A stretch of 64,000 nucleotides of DNA from a bacterium (GCA_030619905.1 JAUXAO010000004.1:203-64202), one strand, 5' to 3'; shown: positions 41,311 to 50,304, counted from the first letter of the stretch. A program made the numbers and translations. Notes: generated by a model not told the origin, from the sequence alone.

Positions 41311-42384
41311 ATGGAAAAAATTCAGTTCCCAATTGTTAAAACTAAAATCAAAGGAATAACACAGAAATTTGATTTATCTGATCCCAAAGAAAGGGAATCT
41401 TATTTTGAATTGAAAGCAGGGAAAGAAATCAAGAAACTCAGGGATTATTTAAAGGAAAAAACTTTTATTGCTTATCTTTTAGGGAAAAAGAATTCCGGTA
41501 AAGGAACCTATGCTAAAATGTTTAGAGAAATAGTGGATAAAGACAGGATAGAACATTTTTCTCTTGGTGATGCAGTAAGACAACTTGATTTAGTTATTAG
41601 AGACGAAGAGAAGAAAAAAGAATTGATTTTATTTTTGGAGAAAAATTATAGAGGATATCTATCTCCTGAACAAATAATTTCTACTTTAAAAAAAAGAAGT
41701 ACTACATCCCTTCTGTCTTCTGAACTAGTCTTGACTCTGACAAAAATGGAGATAGCAAAAAGAGGAAAGAAAGCCTTTTTTATTGATGGCTTTCCTAGAA
41801 GCTTGGATCAGGTTTCTTACTCATTATTTTTTCGCGAATTAGTTGATTACCGGGAAGACCCAGATGTTTTTATTTTAATTAATGTCCCAAAAGCAGTGAT
41901 TGATGAGAGAATTAAATGGAGAAGAGTTTGCCCTAAATGCCAGACTTCTAGAAATCTTAAATTACTTCCTACTTCAAAGGTAGGTTATGACGAAAAAAAC
42001 AAGGAGTTCTATTTAATCTGTGATAATCCTAGTTGCAAAGGAGAAAGGATGATTTCAAAAGAGGGGGATAAATTAGGGAATGAGCTGATTAAAGAAAGAT
42101 TAGAGATGGATGAAAAATTAATGAGAAAAGCTTTTTCTTTATATGGAATTCCAAAGATTCTTTTAAGAAATTGTATTCCAGTGGAAAAAGCAGCAGAATG
42201 TGTTGATGATTACGAAATTACCCCCGAATATGATTATAAATGGCTTCCAGAAAATTCTGAGGTAAAAACAATTGAAAAACTATGGCAGGTTTCCGATGAC
42301 GAGGGAACTACTTCTTATAGTTTATTAGCAGCTCCGGTTGCAATTTCTTTAATAAAACAAATGGTTAAGGTTCTAAATCTCTAA
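41311..42384 (+). CDS. adenylate-kinase-family nucleoside monophosphate kinase paralog with Cys4 LID and N-terminal extension
   Basis: P-loop LLGKKNSGKGTYA, FFIDGFPRS, LID CPKCQTSRN...CDNPSCKG. The track TTG start 41281 was replaced by ATG 41311. Confidence 0.7.
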   Translation: MEKIQFPIVKTKIKGITQKFDLSDPKERESYFELKAGKEIKKLRDYLKEKTFIAYLLGKKNSGKGTYAKMFREIVDKDRIEHFSLGDAVRQLDLVIRDEEKKKELILFLEKNYRGYLSPEQIISTLKKRSTTSLLSSELVLTLTKMEIAKRGKKAFFIDGFPRSLDQVSYSLFFRELVDYREDPDVFILINVPKAVIDERIKWRRVCPKCQTSRNLKLLPTSKVGYDEKNKEFYLICDNPSCKGERMISKEGDKLGNELIKERLEMDEKLMRKAFSLYGIPKILLRNCIPVEKAAECVDDYEITPEYDYKWLPENSEVKTIEKLWQVSDDEGTTSYSLLAAPVAISLIKQMVKVLNL

Positions 42385-42402
42385 TAACTTTACCACAAAA
42401 TC

Positions 42403-42432
42403 TTGACAAACGTTTTCAAGAAATTATATAAT
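42403..42432 (+). promoter_or_regulatory. consensus promoter TTGACA-N18-TATAAT
   Basis: TTGACA at 42403..42408 and TATAAT at 42427..42432. No ORF follows. Confidence 0.7.
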
Positions 42433-42437
42433 TAAAG

Positions 42438-42574
42438 AGGCCTCATCCTTTCCGATTAGATTCTTAGACAAAGATTCATTACAGGGATTCAAATTTGCTG
42501 GACGTAACGTTCAGCGTGAGACTCCCGACTTAGATTCATTTCTGAGATCAGCGGATAAAAGATGAGGCCTTTTG
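42438..42574 (+). ncRNA. structured rod-shaped small RNA, 6S-like candidate
   Basis: 10-bp closing helix AGGCCTCATC / GATGAGGCCT (42438..47 / 42561..70) followed by TTTT. The hand fold gives further helices, a large two-sided internal loop and an apical 8-bp hairpin GCTGGACG-TAA-CGTTCAGC. GC-rich relative to surroundings. Confidence 0.45.
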
Positions 42575-42619
42575 GTTTCCAGAACCAAAAAAGCGTGCCA
42601 AAGATGACGCGTTTTTGAT

Positions 42620-42691
42620 TCGGGGTGTTGGGAGTCGCACCCAAGTCACAGGACCCCCAGCCCTGCATAATAACTGTTATACTACACCCCG
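42620..42691 (-). tRNA. tRNA-Pro (anticodon GGG), CCA not encoded
   Basis: Minus-strand sequence CGGGGTG TA GTATAACAGTTATTAT G CAGGG-CTGGGGG-TCCTG TGAC TTGGG-TGCGACT-CCCAA CACCCCG A. 7-bp acceptor, 5-bp anticodon and T stems, G37. The D and T loops are non-canonical. Confidence 0.75.
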
Positions 42692-42696
42692 GAATA

Positions 42697-42888
42697 TTAT
42701 CTTTTAGTTTTAGACAGGGTTTTAATGCATCTGGTGCAAGCCAAAACTCTTTTGCCTGGTGCTAAATAAACCCATTGAAGATTGGGGTATTTTCTTTTTT
42801 TCGGAGTAGGATTGTATTTTCCTCGAAGCTTGTTTAACTTCCGTTTCATTATTGATTTTTTGCCGCAAATTTGGCAAACTCTAGACAT
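42697..42888 (-). CDS. rpmB: 50S ribosomal protein L28
   Basis: MSRVCQICGKKSIMKRKLNKLRGKYNPTPKKRKYPNLQWV... Confidence 0.93.
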   Translation of the reverse strand: MSRVCQICGKKSIMKRKLNKLRGKYNPTPKKRKYPNLQWVYLAPGKRVLACTRCIKTLSKTKR

Positions 42889-42965
42889 ATTGTTATAATA
42901 TATACTGTAATAATTTATTTATTATGATACGAATGTTATCATAATATATTTTTAAATAAAATGCA

Positions 42966-43598
42966 ATGGAAATAATATTTTTTATTTTTATAATACTGAT
43001 TTTTCTTTTTTCTATTATTATTCATGAAGTTTCTCACGGAGCGATGGCTGATTATCTTGGCGACCCAACAGCAAAAAATGAGGGCCGTCTGACCTTGAAT
43101 CCAATAGATCACTTAGACCCTATTGGTTCTATTCTTGTCCCCTTAATCTTGATTATTTCGAGGGTAGGTATAATTTTCGGTTGGGCTAAACCGGTCCCGG
43201 TAAATCCTTTTAACTTAAGAGATAAAGTTTATGGTCAAGCTAAAGTTGCAATAGCTGGTCCCTTAGCCAATATTTTAATTGCTTTGATTTTCGGAATAGC
43301 CCTGAGATTTTTACCTTTTTTATTTTCGGCTCGGATTGGAGAAAACTTAATAATTATTTTTAGTTATATAGTCTGGATAAATCTTCTTTTAGCTATATTT
43401 AATTTACTTCCTATTCCTCCCTTAGATGGTTCCCATATTCTTTTTACTTTTTTGCCGAAACAATTTGATGGTTTAAAAACATTTTTGATTCAATACCAAT
43501 TATTTATTTTATTATTTTTTATTTTCTTTTGTTTTGGTTTGGTAATTCCATTAATAAATTGGATCTTTTCTTTAATTGTAGGGATCCCTTTTTTCTAA
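42966..43598 (+). CDS. site-2 protease family (M50) membrane metalloprotease
   Basis: HEVSHG (HExxH) in TM1 and NLLPIPPLDGSH motif. Confidence 0.88.
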   Translation: MEIIFFIFIILIFLFSIIIHEVSHGAMADYLGDPTAKNEGRLTLNPIDHLDPIGSILVPLILIISRVGIIFGWAKPVPVNPFNLRDKVYGQAKVAIAGPLANILIALIFGIALRFLPFLFSARIGENLIIIFSYIVWINLLLAIFNLLPIPPLDGSHILFTFLPKQFDGLKTFLIQYQLFILLFFIFFCFGLVIPLINWIFSLIVGIPFF

Positions 43599-43605
43599 AC
43601 ATTGA

Positions 43606-43634
43606 TTGACATCCCAAGATTTATTTGCTAATTT
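43606..43634 (+). promoter_or_regulatory. str operon promoter TTGACA-N17-TAATTT
   Basis: TTGACA at 43606..43611 and TAATTT at 43629..43634, 10 nt before the rpsL ATG (near-leaderless). Confidence 0.55.
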
Positions 43635-43644
43635 AAACTGCATT

Positions 43645-44076
43645 ATGCCAACAATTCATCAACTTATAAAAAAACCTAGAAAAACACCCAAAAAGAAAGT
43701 CAAAATGAGGGCTTTGAGTTTTGATTTTAATACGCTAAAAAATCGTCCAGTTCGTCATCTTTCTCCTTTCAAAAGAGGAATTTGTCTTAAGGTTTATACA
43801 GTGACACCCAAAAAACCAAATTCAGCCTTAAGAAAAGTGGCCAGAGTCAAACTCAGTAATGGCATGGAGGTTACAGCTTATATTCCAGGGGAAGGACATG
43901 ATATTCAAGAGCATGCAATGGTTTTAATCAGAGGAGGGAGAGTTAAAGATTTGGCTGGAGTAAGATATCATATTGTCAGAGGAATCTTGGATAGTGGGGG
44001 AGTTGAAGGTAGAAGTCAGAAAAGATCAAAATATGGAACCAAAAAAGAGAAGAAAAAAGAGAAGAAAGTAAAATAG
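43645..44076 (+). CDS. rpsL: 30S ribosomal protein S12
   Basis: [12 protein letters not shown]...[20 protein letters not shown]...[20 protein letters not shown]. The track start 43606 was moved to ATG 43645. Confidence 0.97.
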   Translation: MPTIHQLIKKPRKTPKKKVKMRALSFDFNTLKNRPVRHLSPFKRGICLKVYTVTPKKPNSALRKVARVKLSNGMEVTAYIPGEGHDIQEHAMVLIRGGRVKDLAGVRYHIVRGILDSGGVEGRSQKRSKYGTKKEKKKEKKVK

Positions 44077-44104
44077 ACATTTTAAACTTTGAATGTAAAA
44101 AAAC

Positions 44105-44569
44105 ATGTCTAGTAAATTTAAACAAAAAGAAATAATGCCTGATTCGATCTATGACAGCATAATGGTTTCTAAATTCATTAATCAGGTAATGAAAAAAGGC
44201 AAGAAAACAATTGCACATAAGATTGTGTATAAAGCTTTTGAAATAGTTAAAAAAGAAACAAAAGAAAAACCGTTAGAAGTTTTTGAAAAAGCCTTGGAAA
44301 ATGCTGCTCCTCTAGTTGAGGTAAAGTCGCGGAGAATAGGAGGAGCTACTTACCAAGTTCCTAAAGAGGTTAAAGGCAAGAGGAGATTAAGTTTAGCCAT
44401 GCGCTGGATAATTGATGCTGCGAAAGCAAAAAAAGGAAAACCAATGGAACAAAAATTAGCCAAAGAAATAGTTCAAGCCTTTAAAAACGAAGGAGAAGCT
44501 ATCAGAAAAAAAGTTAATCTCCATAAAATGGCTGAAGCTAATCGGGCTTTTGCTCATTTCTCAAGATAA
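44105..44569 (+). CDS. rpsG: 30S ribosomal protein S7
   Basis: [34 protein letters not shown]...[15 protein letters not shown]. Confidence 0.97.
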   Translation: MSSKFKQKEIMPDSIYDSIMVSKFINQVMKKGKKTIAHKIVYKAFEIVKKETKEKPLEVFEKALENAAPLVEVKSRRIGGATYQVPKEVKGKRRLSLAMRWIIDAAKAKKGKPMEQKLAKEIVQAFKNEGEAIRKKVNLHKMAEANRAFAHFSR

Positions 44570-44570
44570 A

Positions 44571-46646
44571 ATGCCTAGGAAGTATCCAATTGAAAAAACT
44601 CGTGATATAGGAATAATTGCTCATATTGATGCCGGTAAAACTACAGTAACCGAGCGGATTTTGTTTTACACCGGAATTAGTCATAAAATTGGTGAGGTTC
44701 ATGATGGTCAGGCAATTATGGATTGGATGGTTCAAGAAAAAGAAAGGGGAATCACAATTACTTCGGCAGCAACTACCTGTCGCTGGAGAGAATACTGGAT
44801 AAATATTATTGATACTCCAGGTCATATTGATTTCACAGTAGAAGTTCAGCGTTCCTTAAGAGTTTTAGACGGAGCAGTTGTTGTTTTCGACGGGGTGGCT
44901 GGAGTTGAACCTCAATCAGAAACAGTTTGGCGTCAGGCAGATAGGTTTAATGTTCCCAGAATTTGCTTTATAAACAAATTAGATAGAATAGGGGCTAATT
45001 TTAAAAAGAGTTTTCAATCAATTTTAGACAAACTTTCTCCTAATGCTTTGGTTTTGCAGATTCCTATTGGGCAAGAAAGTAAGTTTGAAGGAATGATTGA
45101 TCTTTTGAAGATGAAAGCTTTGTATTTCGAGGGTGATTTTGGTCAAAACGTAGCAGAGAAAGAAATACCGGATAATTTAAGAGAAAAAAGTGAAAAAGCT
45201 CGGGAAAAATTAATAGAGAAAGTCGCGGCAGAAGATGAAGTTTTGCTGGAGAAATTTTTAGCTAAAAAACAAATTTCTGAACAAGAATTGAAAAAGGTTT
45301 TAAGAAAAAACACTCTGAAATGTAAACTGGTTCCGGTTTTCTGTGGATCGGCTTTAAAAAACAAAGGAGTTCAATTATTACTTGATGCTATTTGTGATTA
45401 TCTTCCCAGCCCTCAAGATCTTCCTCCAGTAGAGGGAACTGACCCTAAAACAGGTGAGACTATTGAGAGAAAGATGGATGATTCGGAACCATTTTCGGCC
45501 TTAGTCTTTAAAATTGCAGCTGATCCTTATGTGGGAACTTTAAATTATTTCAGAATCTATTCAGGTACTTTAACTAAAGGTTCTTATGCTTGGAATTCGG
45601 TTTCCGGAGAAAAAGAGAGGATCGGAAGAATTTTAAAGATGCACGCCAATACAAGGCAGGATTTAGATGAAGCTTTTACTGGGGATATAGTTGCTGCCGT
45701 TGGTTTTAAAAATACTTCTACTGGTCACACGCTTTGTGATGAAAAAAACCCTATTCTACTTGAGAAAATTACTTTTCCTGAACCTGTTATTTCTATTCGG
45801 ATTGAGCCGAAGTCAAAAGAGGATCAGGAAAAATTAATTTTATCATTGAAGAAATTATCTGAAGAAGATCCTACTTTTAGACAAAAAGAAGATATTGAAA
45901 CAGGAGAGACAATTATTTCCGGGATGGGAGAATTACATCTTGATGTTTTAGTTGATCGGATGAGGAGAGAATTTAACGTTGAAGCTAATATTGGCAAACC
46001 TCAGGTTGCTTACAAAGAAACTATCTGTGAAGAAATGAAAGCAGAGGGTAAATATATTCGTCAGTCAGGAGGGCGAGGTCAATATGGCCATGTCTGGCTA
46101 AAGGTAAAGCCAAAAGAAAGAGGAGAGGGTTTTGAATTTATCAATGCTATAAAAGGAGGAACTATTCCTCAGGAATTTATTCCAGCAGTTCAAAAAGGTG
46201 TGAAGGAAGCAATGGACAAAGGGGTAATAGCCGGTTATCCAATGGTAGACATAGAAGTTACTTTATATGATGGTTCTTTTCATGAAGTTGATTCTTCGGA
46301 AATAGCTTTTAAAATTGCCTCTTCCCAGGCTTTACAGGAGGCATCTAAAAAAGCAAGACCTATTATTTTAGAACCGATTATGAAGCTGGAAGTTGTTATC
46401 CCCTCGGAGTTTTTTGGAGATGTTATTGGAGATTTAAATAGAAGAAGAGGAGTAATTGAAGAAACCAAAGACAGAGTTAACTTAAAAATAATTGATGCTA
46501 AAACTCCTTTATCTGAAATGTTTGGTTATGCCACATCTTTAAGATCCTTGACTCAAGGAAGGGGAACATTTACAATGGAATTTGACAATTACGATAAAGT
46601 ACCTGAAGGCATAACGCAAGAAATCATTGAAGGTAAAAGGAAATAA
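44571..46646 (+). CDS. fusA: elongation factor G
   Basis: [36 protein letters not shown]. The start was moved to ATG 44571, 1 nt after the rpsG stop. Confidence 0.97.
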   Translation: MPRKYPIEKTRDIGIIAHIDAGKTTVTERILFYTGISHKIGEVHDGQAIMDWMVQEKERGITITSAATTCRWREYWINIIDTPGHIDFTVEVQRSLRVLDGAVVVFDGVAGVEPQSETVWRQADRFNVPRICFINKLDRIGANFKKSFQSILDKLSPNALVLQIPIGQESKFEGMIDLLKMKALYFEGDFGQNVAEKEIPDNLREKSEKAREKLIEKVAAEDEVLLEKFLAKKQISEQELKKVLRKNTLKCKLVPVFCGSALKNKGVQLLLDAICDYLPSPQDLPPVEGTDPKTGETIERKMDDSEPFSALVFKIAADPYVGTLNYFRIYSGTLTKGSYAWNSVSGEKERIGRILKMHANTRQDLDEAFTGDIVAAVGFKNTSTGHTLCDEKNPILLEKITFPEPVISIRIEPKSKEDQEKLILSLKKLSEEDPTFRQKEDIETGETIISGMGELHLDVLVDRMRREFNVEANIGKPQVAYKETICEEMKAEGKYIRQSGGRGQYGHVWLKVKPKERGEGFEFINAIKGGTIPQEFIPAVQKGVKEAMDKGVIAGYPMVDIEVTLYDGSFHEVDSSEIAFKIASSQALQEASKKARPIILEPIMKLEVVIPSEFFGDVIGDLNRRRGVIEETKDRVNLKIIDAKTPLSEMFGYATSLRSLTQGRGTFTMEFDNYDKVPEGITQEIIEGKRK

Positions 46647-46647
46647 T

Positions 46648-46839
46648 ATGGATTTTGATGAAATTAGACAACTTATTTCTGCTGACGGAGAAAAAGTCAT
46701 TTTGGTGGAGAATGGTAAGCCCACGATTGTTTTAATGTCTTTTGATGCTTACAAAAAAAGATTTGATTTTAAGGGAGAAGAGAAAAAGAATATTTCCAAG
46801 AAAAAAGATGATTTGAAGGTTGAAGATTTACCGTTTTAA
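46648..46839 (+). CDS. Phd/YefM-antitoxin-like small protein (63 aa) inserted between fusA and tuf
   Basis: DGEKVILVENGKPTIVLMSFDAYKKR resembles the Phd/YefM N-terminal fold pattern. ATG 46648 is 1 nt after the fusA stop. Confidence 0.6.
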   Translation: MDFDEIRQLISADGEKVILVENGKPTIVLMSFDAYKKRFDFKGEEKKNISKKKDDLKVEDLPF

Positions 46840-46840
46840 C

Positions 46841-46868
46841 TTGACTTTATTTATCAAATTCATATAAT
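46841..46868 (+). promoter_or_regulatory. tuf promoter TTGACT-N16-TATAAT
   Basis: TTGACT at 46841..46846 and TATAAT at 46863..46868. Followed by an AT-only repeat-rich leader of about 90 nt. Confidence 0.6.
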
Positions 46869-46964
46869 AAACATAGAAAATAAACATATAACTTAAAACT
46901 TGAAATTTGAAACTTAAAATATTTTTGATATTTTAGGTTTTATGTTCATGTTTCATGGATTATT

Positions 46965-48161
46965 ATGGCTAAAGAAAAATTCGAAAGAACAAAACCACAT
47001 CTTAATATTGGAACCATTGGTCATGTTGACCATGGTAAAACCACTCTGACCGCGGCTATCCTTAAGGCCACAAAATTAAAAGGATTAAAAGCTTCAGAAA
47101 AATCTGTGGATGATATTGATTCAGCTCCAGAAGAGAAAGCTCGTGGTTTGACCATTAATATTTGTCATACTGAGTTTGAAACAGAAAAACGTCATTATGC
47201 TCTTATTGATTGTCCGGGGCATGCTGATTATATTAAGAATATGATAACCGGAGCCGCTCAGATGGATGGAGCGATTTTAGTTGTCTCAGCTACTGATGGT
47301 CCGATGCCTCAAACAAAAGAGCATCTTTTATTGGCTAAACAAGTGGGGCTTCCGTCTTTGGTTGTGTTCTTGAATAAGACAGATCAAGTCAGTGACTCAG
47401 AGATGTTAGAATTAGTAGAATCAGAAATTAGAGAACTTTTGAAAAAATATGAATTTCCCGGAGATAAAACTCCTATAATCAGAGGTTCAGCTATGAAGGC
47501 TTTAGAGGCGAAATCTTTAGAAGATGATTCTATGAAACCAGTTATTGAATTATTAGACAAGGTAGATGAATTTATTCCTGAACCAGAAAGATCACTTGAT
47601 AAACCATTTTTAATGGCTGTAGAAGATGTCTTTTCAATCGAAGGAAGAGGAACTGTTTGTACGGGTAGGGTAGAAAGAGGAATAGTTAATTCAGGAGATG
47701 AAGTAGAAATTCTTGGTATTCGTGCCACTCAGAAAACAACAGCAGTGAGCATTGAAATGTTTAACAAGATATTAGATCAAGGAAAGGCAGGAGATAATGT
47801 TGGGATTTTACTTAGAGGGCTTAAAAAAGAAGATGTAGAAAGAGGTCAGGTAATAGCCAAACCGAAAAGTATTACTCCTCATTCAGAGTTTGAAGCTGAG
47901 GCTTATATTTTGACCAAAGAAGAAGGAGGCCGTCATACACCTTTCTTTTCCGGTTACAAACCTCAATTTTATGTTAGAACAGCAGATATTACTGGACAAG
48001 CAGATTTACCTAAGGGAACAGAGATGGTTATGCCAGGAGATACAGTGAATCTTAAGATTAAATTAATGGTTCCTGTTGCTCTTGAGGAAAAGCAGAGATT
48101 TGCTATCAGGGAAGGAGGAAGAACAGTAGGAGCAGGAGTTGTATCCAAGGTAATAAAATAA
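46965..48161 (+). CDS. tuf: elongation factor Tu
   Basis: [25 protein letters not shown]. Confidence 0.98.
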   Translation: MAKEKFERTKPHLNIGTIGHVDHGKTTLTAAILKATKLKGLKASEKSVDDIDSAPEEKARGLTINICHTEFETEKRHYALIDCPGHADYIKNMITGAAQMDGAILVVSATDGPMPQTKEHLLLAKQVGLPSLVVFLNKTDQVSDSEMLELVESEIRELLKKYEFPGDKTPIIRGSAMKALEAKSLEDDSMKPVIELLDKVDEFIPEPERSLDKPFLMAVEDVFSIEGRGTVCTGRVERGIVNSGDEVEILGIRATQKTTAVSIEMFNKILDQGKAGDNVGILLRGLKKEDVERGQVIAKPKSITPHSEFEAEAYILTKEEGGRHTPFFSGYKPQFYVRTADITGQADLPKGTEMVMPGDTVNLKIKLMVPVALEEKQRFAIREGGRTVGAGVVSKVIK

Positions 48162-48180
48162 CGATAGATAAAAGAAGAAC

Positions 48181-48215
48181 CTCGCTTAGCGAGAATCTTG
48201 ATTCTTTGTTTTGTT
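48181..48215 (+). terminator. two short hairpins plus a T-rich tail after tuf
   Basis: CTCGC-TTA-GCGAG then AGAAT-CTTG-ATTCT followed by TTGTTTTG. Confidence 0.45.
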
Positions 48216-48237
48216 CAGAATTAAAAAATAATAAAAG

Positions 48238-48570
48238 ATGCCAGCGAAACAGAAAGAGGAAATAAAATCAAGACTTAGGGTAAAACTTAAATCATACGAT
48301 AACAAAGTTATAGATAACAGCACACGCCAGATAGTTGAAATTGGTTTGCGTTCCGGTGTTAGTATTGTAGGACCTATTCCTTTACCTACCGAAATTCATA
48401 AATATACAGTGAATAGATCAAGTTTTATTCATAAAAATGCCAGAGAACAATTTGAGATGAGAATTCATAAGAGATTAATCGAGGTTTTAGACCCTAATCA
48501 GAAATTTGTTGATGCTTTGAGAGATTTAACCCTTCCAGCAGGAGTAGAGATTGAGATAAAAACTACCTGA
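48238..48570 (+). CDS. rpsJ: 30S ribosomal protein S10
   Basis: RLRVKLKSYDNKVIDNSTRQIVE...GPIPLPT. Confidence 0.97.
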   Translation: MPAKQKEEIKSRLRVKLKSYDNKVIDNSTRQIVEIGLRSGVSIVGPIPLPTEIHKYTVNRSSFIHKNAREQFEMRIHKRLIEVLDPNQKFVDALRDLTLPAGVEIEIKTT

Positions 48571-48574
48571 ATTT

Positions 48575-48625
48575 CCCAGATAGCGTAAGTTGCCTTTAAA
48601 GACTGGGCAATGTCCCAGTTTTTTA
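48575..48625 (+). promoter_or_regulatory. terminator/antiterminator-like element between rpsJ and rplC
   Basis: CCCAG (48575..79) ... CTGGG (48603..07) ... CCCAG (48614..18) followed by T6. The central CTGGG can pair with either CCCAG. Confidence 0.45.
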
Positions 48626-48633
48626 TTAGTATT

Positions 48634-49239
48634 ATGGCAAAATTCATTTTAGGAAAAAAAATAGAGATGAGTCAGATATTTAGCAAAGATGGCAAGGTTA
48701 TTCCCGTAACCTTAATTGAAGCTGGGCCTTGTTTTGTCACTCAGGTCAAAGGAAAAGAAAAACATGGCTATGAGGCAGTGCAAATTGGTTTCAAGAAAAA
48801 GAATAAAGTGAAAAAGAGTGAGAAAGGAAAAGGGTTTAGTTATTTAAAAGAGTTTAAAAGCAAAGAGTTAGGAACTAAGAATCAAAAATTAAAGATAGGG
48901 GATAAGATTGATGTGTCAATTTTTAAAGAAAACGATACAGTTAAAATCTCTGGAATTTCCAAAGGAAAAGGTTTTCAGGGAGCAGTAAAAAGATGGGGAT
49001 TTTCTGGAATGGGCGCCAGTCACGGCGTAAAACATGAACATCGAACTTTGGGTTCGGTTGGGAGTACTGATGCGGCTAGAGTTTTTAAAGGGAAAAAAAT
49101 GCCTGGAAGAATGGGAGGAGAAAGAATTACGCAAAGAAATTTAAAGATTGTTAAGATAGACCTGAAAAGTAATTTAATAGCTGTAAAAGGAGCAGTGCCG
49201 GGCCGAAAAGGAACATTACTTGAAATTATAAATCGATGA
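48634..49239 (+). CDS. rplC: 50S ribosomal protein L3
   Basis: MAKFILGKKIEMSQIFSKDGKVIPVTLIEAGPC. The track start 48610 lies inside the hairpin, so the start was moved to ATG 48634. Confidence 0.96.
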   Translation: MAKFILGKKIEMSQIFSKDGKVIPVTLIEAGPCFVTQVKGKEKHGYEAVQIGFKKKNKVKKSEKGKGFSYLKEFKSKELGTKNQKLKIGDKIDVSIFKENDTVKISGISKGKGFQGAVKRWGFSGMGASHGVKHEHRTLGSVGSTDAARVFKGKKMPGRMGGERITQRNLKIVKIDLKSNLIAVKGAVPGRKGTLLEIINR

Positions 49240-49865
49240 AGTATCCAGTTTACAATCAAAAAGGAGAAGAAGTAGGAAATACTTTGTTACCTAAAGAGAT
49301 TTTTGATGTCAAAACAAATCCTGATTTAATCCATCAGGTTGTTGTAAGTCAGATGGCGAATAAAAGAAAGATTATAGCTCATACTAAAGATAGGTCAGAA
49401 GCAAGAGGAGGAGGAGCGAAACCGTGGCAGCAAAAAGGAACTGGAAGAGCAAGAGTGGGTTCAATAAGATCTCCGATTTGGAAAGGAGGAGGAGTGACTT
49501 TTGGTCCTAGAAAAGAGAAAAAATTTAAAAAAATAATTCCCAAGAAAATTAGAAGAAAAGCCTTGTTAATGGTTTTAACAGGAAAGGCAAAAGAGAATTT
49601 ATTAATTATTTCAGATAAATTAAAAATAGAAAAACCAAAAACAAAAGAAATATTTAAAACTTTGAACAAACTTCCATCTAAAGGAAAAAAGTGTTTAATC
49701 GCTTTGCCTGATCTTGATAAGAATTTAGTTTTAGCAGCTAGAAACATTCCGAAAATTAAAATAATAGAAGCTAGAAATTTAAACTGTTTAGATTTGCTTT
49801 CTTTTAAATATTTAATAATACCGAAAGAAACAATAAAAGTAATAAAAGAAACATTTATTAAATAA
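49236..49865 (+). CDS. rplD: 50S ribosomal protein L4
   Basis: RGGGAKPWQQKGTGRARVGSIRSPIWKGGGVTFGP. Confidence 0.97.
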   Translation: MKYPVYNQKGEEVGNTLLPKEIFDVKTNPDLIHQVVVSQMANKRKIIAHTKDRSEARGGGAKPWQQKGTGRARVGSIRSPIWKGGGVTFGPRKEKKFKKIIPKKIRRKALLMVLTGKAKENLLIISDKLKIEKPKTKEIFKTLNKLPSKGKKCLIALPDLDKNLVLAARNIPKIKIIEARNLNCLDLLSFKYLIIPKETIKVIKETFIK

Positions 49866-49867
49866 TC

Positions 49868-50302
49868 ATGTCCATATTTGATATTTTTAAAAAAAAGAAA
49901 AAGGTAGAAAAAAAGAAAGAAAAAAAAGAAAAGAAACCAAAGGTAAAACCAATTAAAAAGATTGAGGAGAAATTAATTGAAAAGCCGGTTTTAAAAGAAC
50001 CAAGAAAGAGAAGAAGAATGGATGGAGCTTATCGTATACTGAAAACACCTCATATTACTGAGAAAGCCACAGATTTGATGGAAAATAATCAATATATTTT
50101 TAAAGTATACGAGAATAGTAATAAACAGGAAGTAAAAAAAGCAGTAGAAAGTGTTTATGGAGTTGATGTTATTTCAGTCAATATGATAAACATTCCCAGA
50201 AAAAGAAAAAGATTAGGCAAAAGTTCTGGATGGAGAAAGGGAGGGAAAAAAGCAATAGTAAGAGTAAAAAAAGGTCAGGAAATTGAAATAATAGCAAGAT
50301 AA
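49868..50302 (+). CDS. rplW: 50S ribosomal protein L23 with a Lys-rich N-terminal extension of about 50 aa
   Basis: YRILKTPHITEKA...VESVYGVDVISVN core preceded by KKKKKVEKKKEKKEKKPKVKP. Confidence 0.93.
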   Translation: MSIFDIFKKKKKVEKKKEKKEKKPKVKPIKKIEEKLIEKPVLKEPRKRRRMDGAYRILKTPHITEKATDLMENNQYIFKVYENSNKQEVKKAVESVYGVDVISVNMINIPRKRKRLGKSSGWRKGGKKAIVRVKKGQEIEIIAR

Positions 50303-50304
50303 GT

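Noticed and set aside
42438-42574. The structured RNA as SRP (4.5S) RNA, tmRNA or RNase P RNA.
   Set aside because: It has no GNRA-capped helix-8-like hairpin with the conserved AGCA/GGAA internal loops. It is far too short for tmRNA or RNase P RNA, and it has no tRNA-like end or tag ORF.
42922-42944. Inverted repeat TTATGATA-N7-TATCATAA in the divergent rpmB / M50-protease promoter region as an operator.
   Set aside because: An 8-bp AT-only palindrome is likely to occur by chance in about 80 nt of nearly pure A/T sequence. There is no second copy or other support.
47384-49747. Antisense ORFs inside tuf (47384..47728), rplC (48916..49259) and rplD (49379..49747), and similar short antisense or alternate-frame ORFs across the ribosomal operons and other well-supported genes.
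   Set aside because: They overlap highly conserved genes on the opposite strand or in a different frame. They have no motifs, and their size is typical of chance ORFs in AT-rich DNA.
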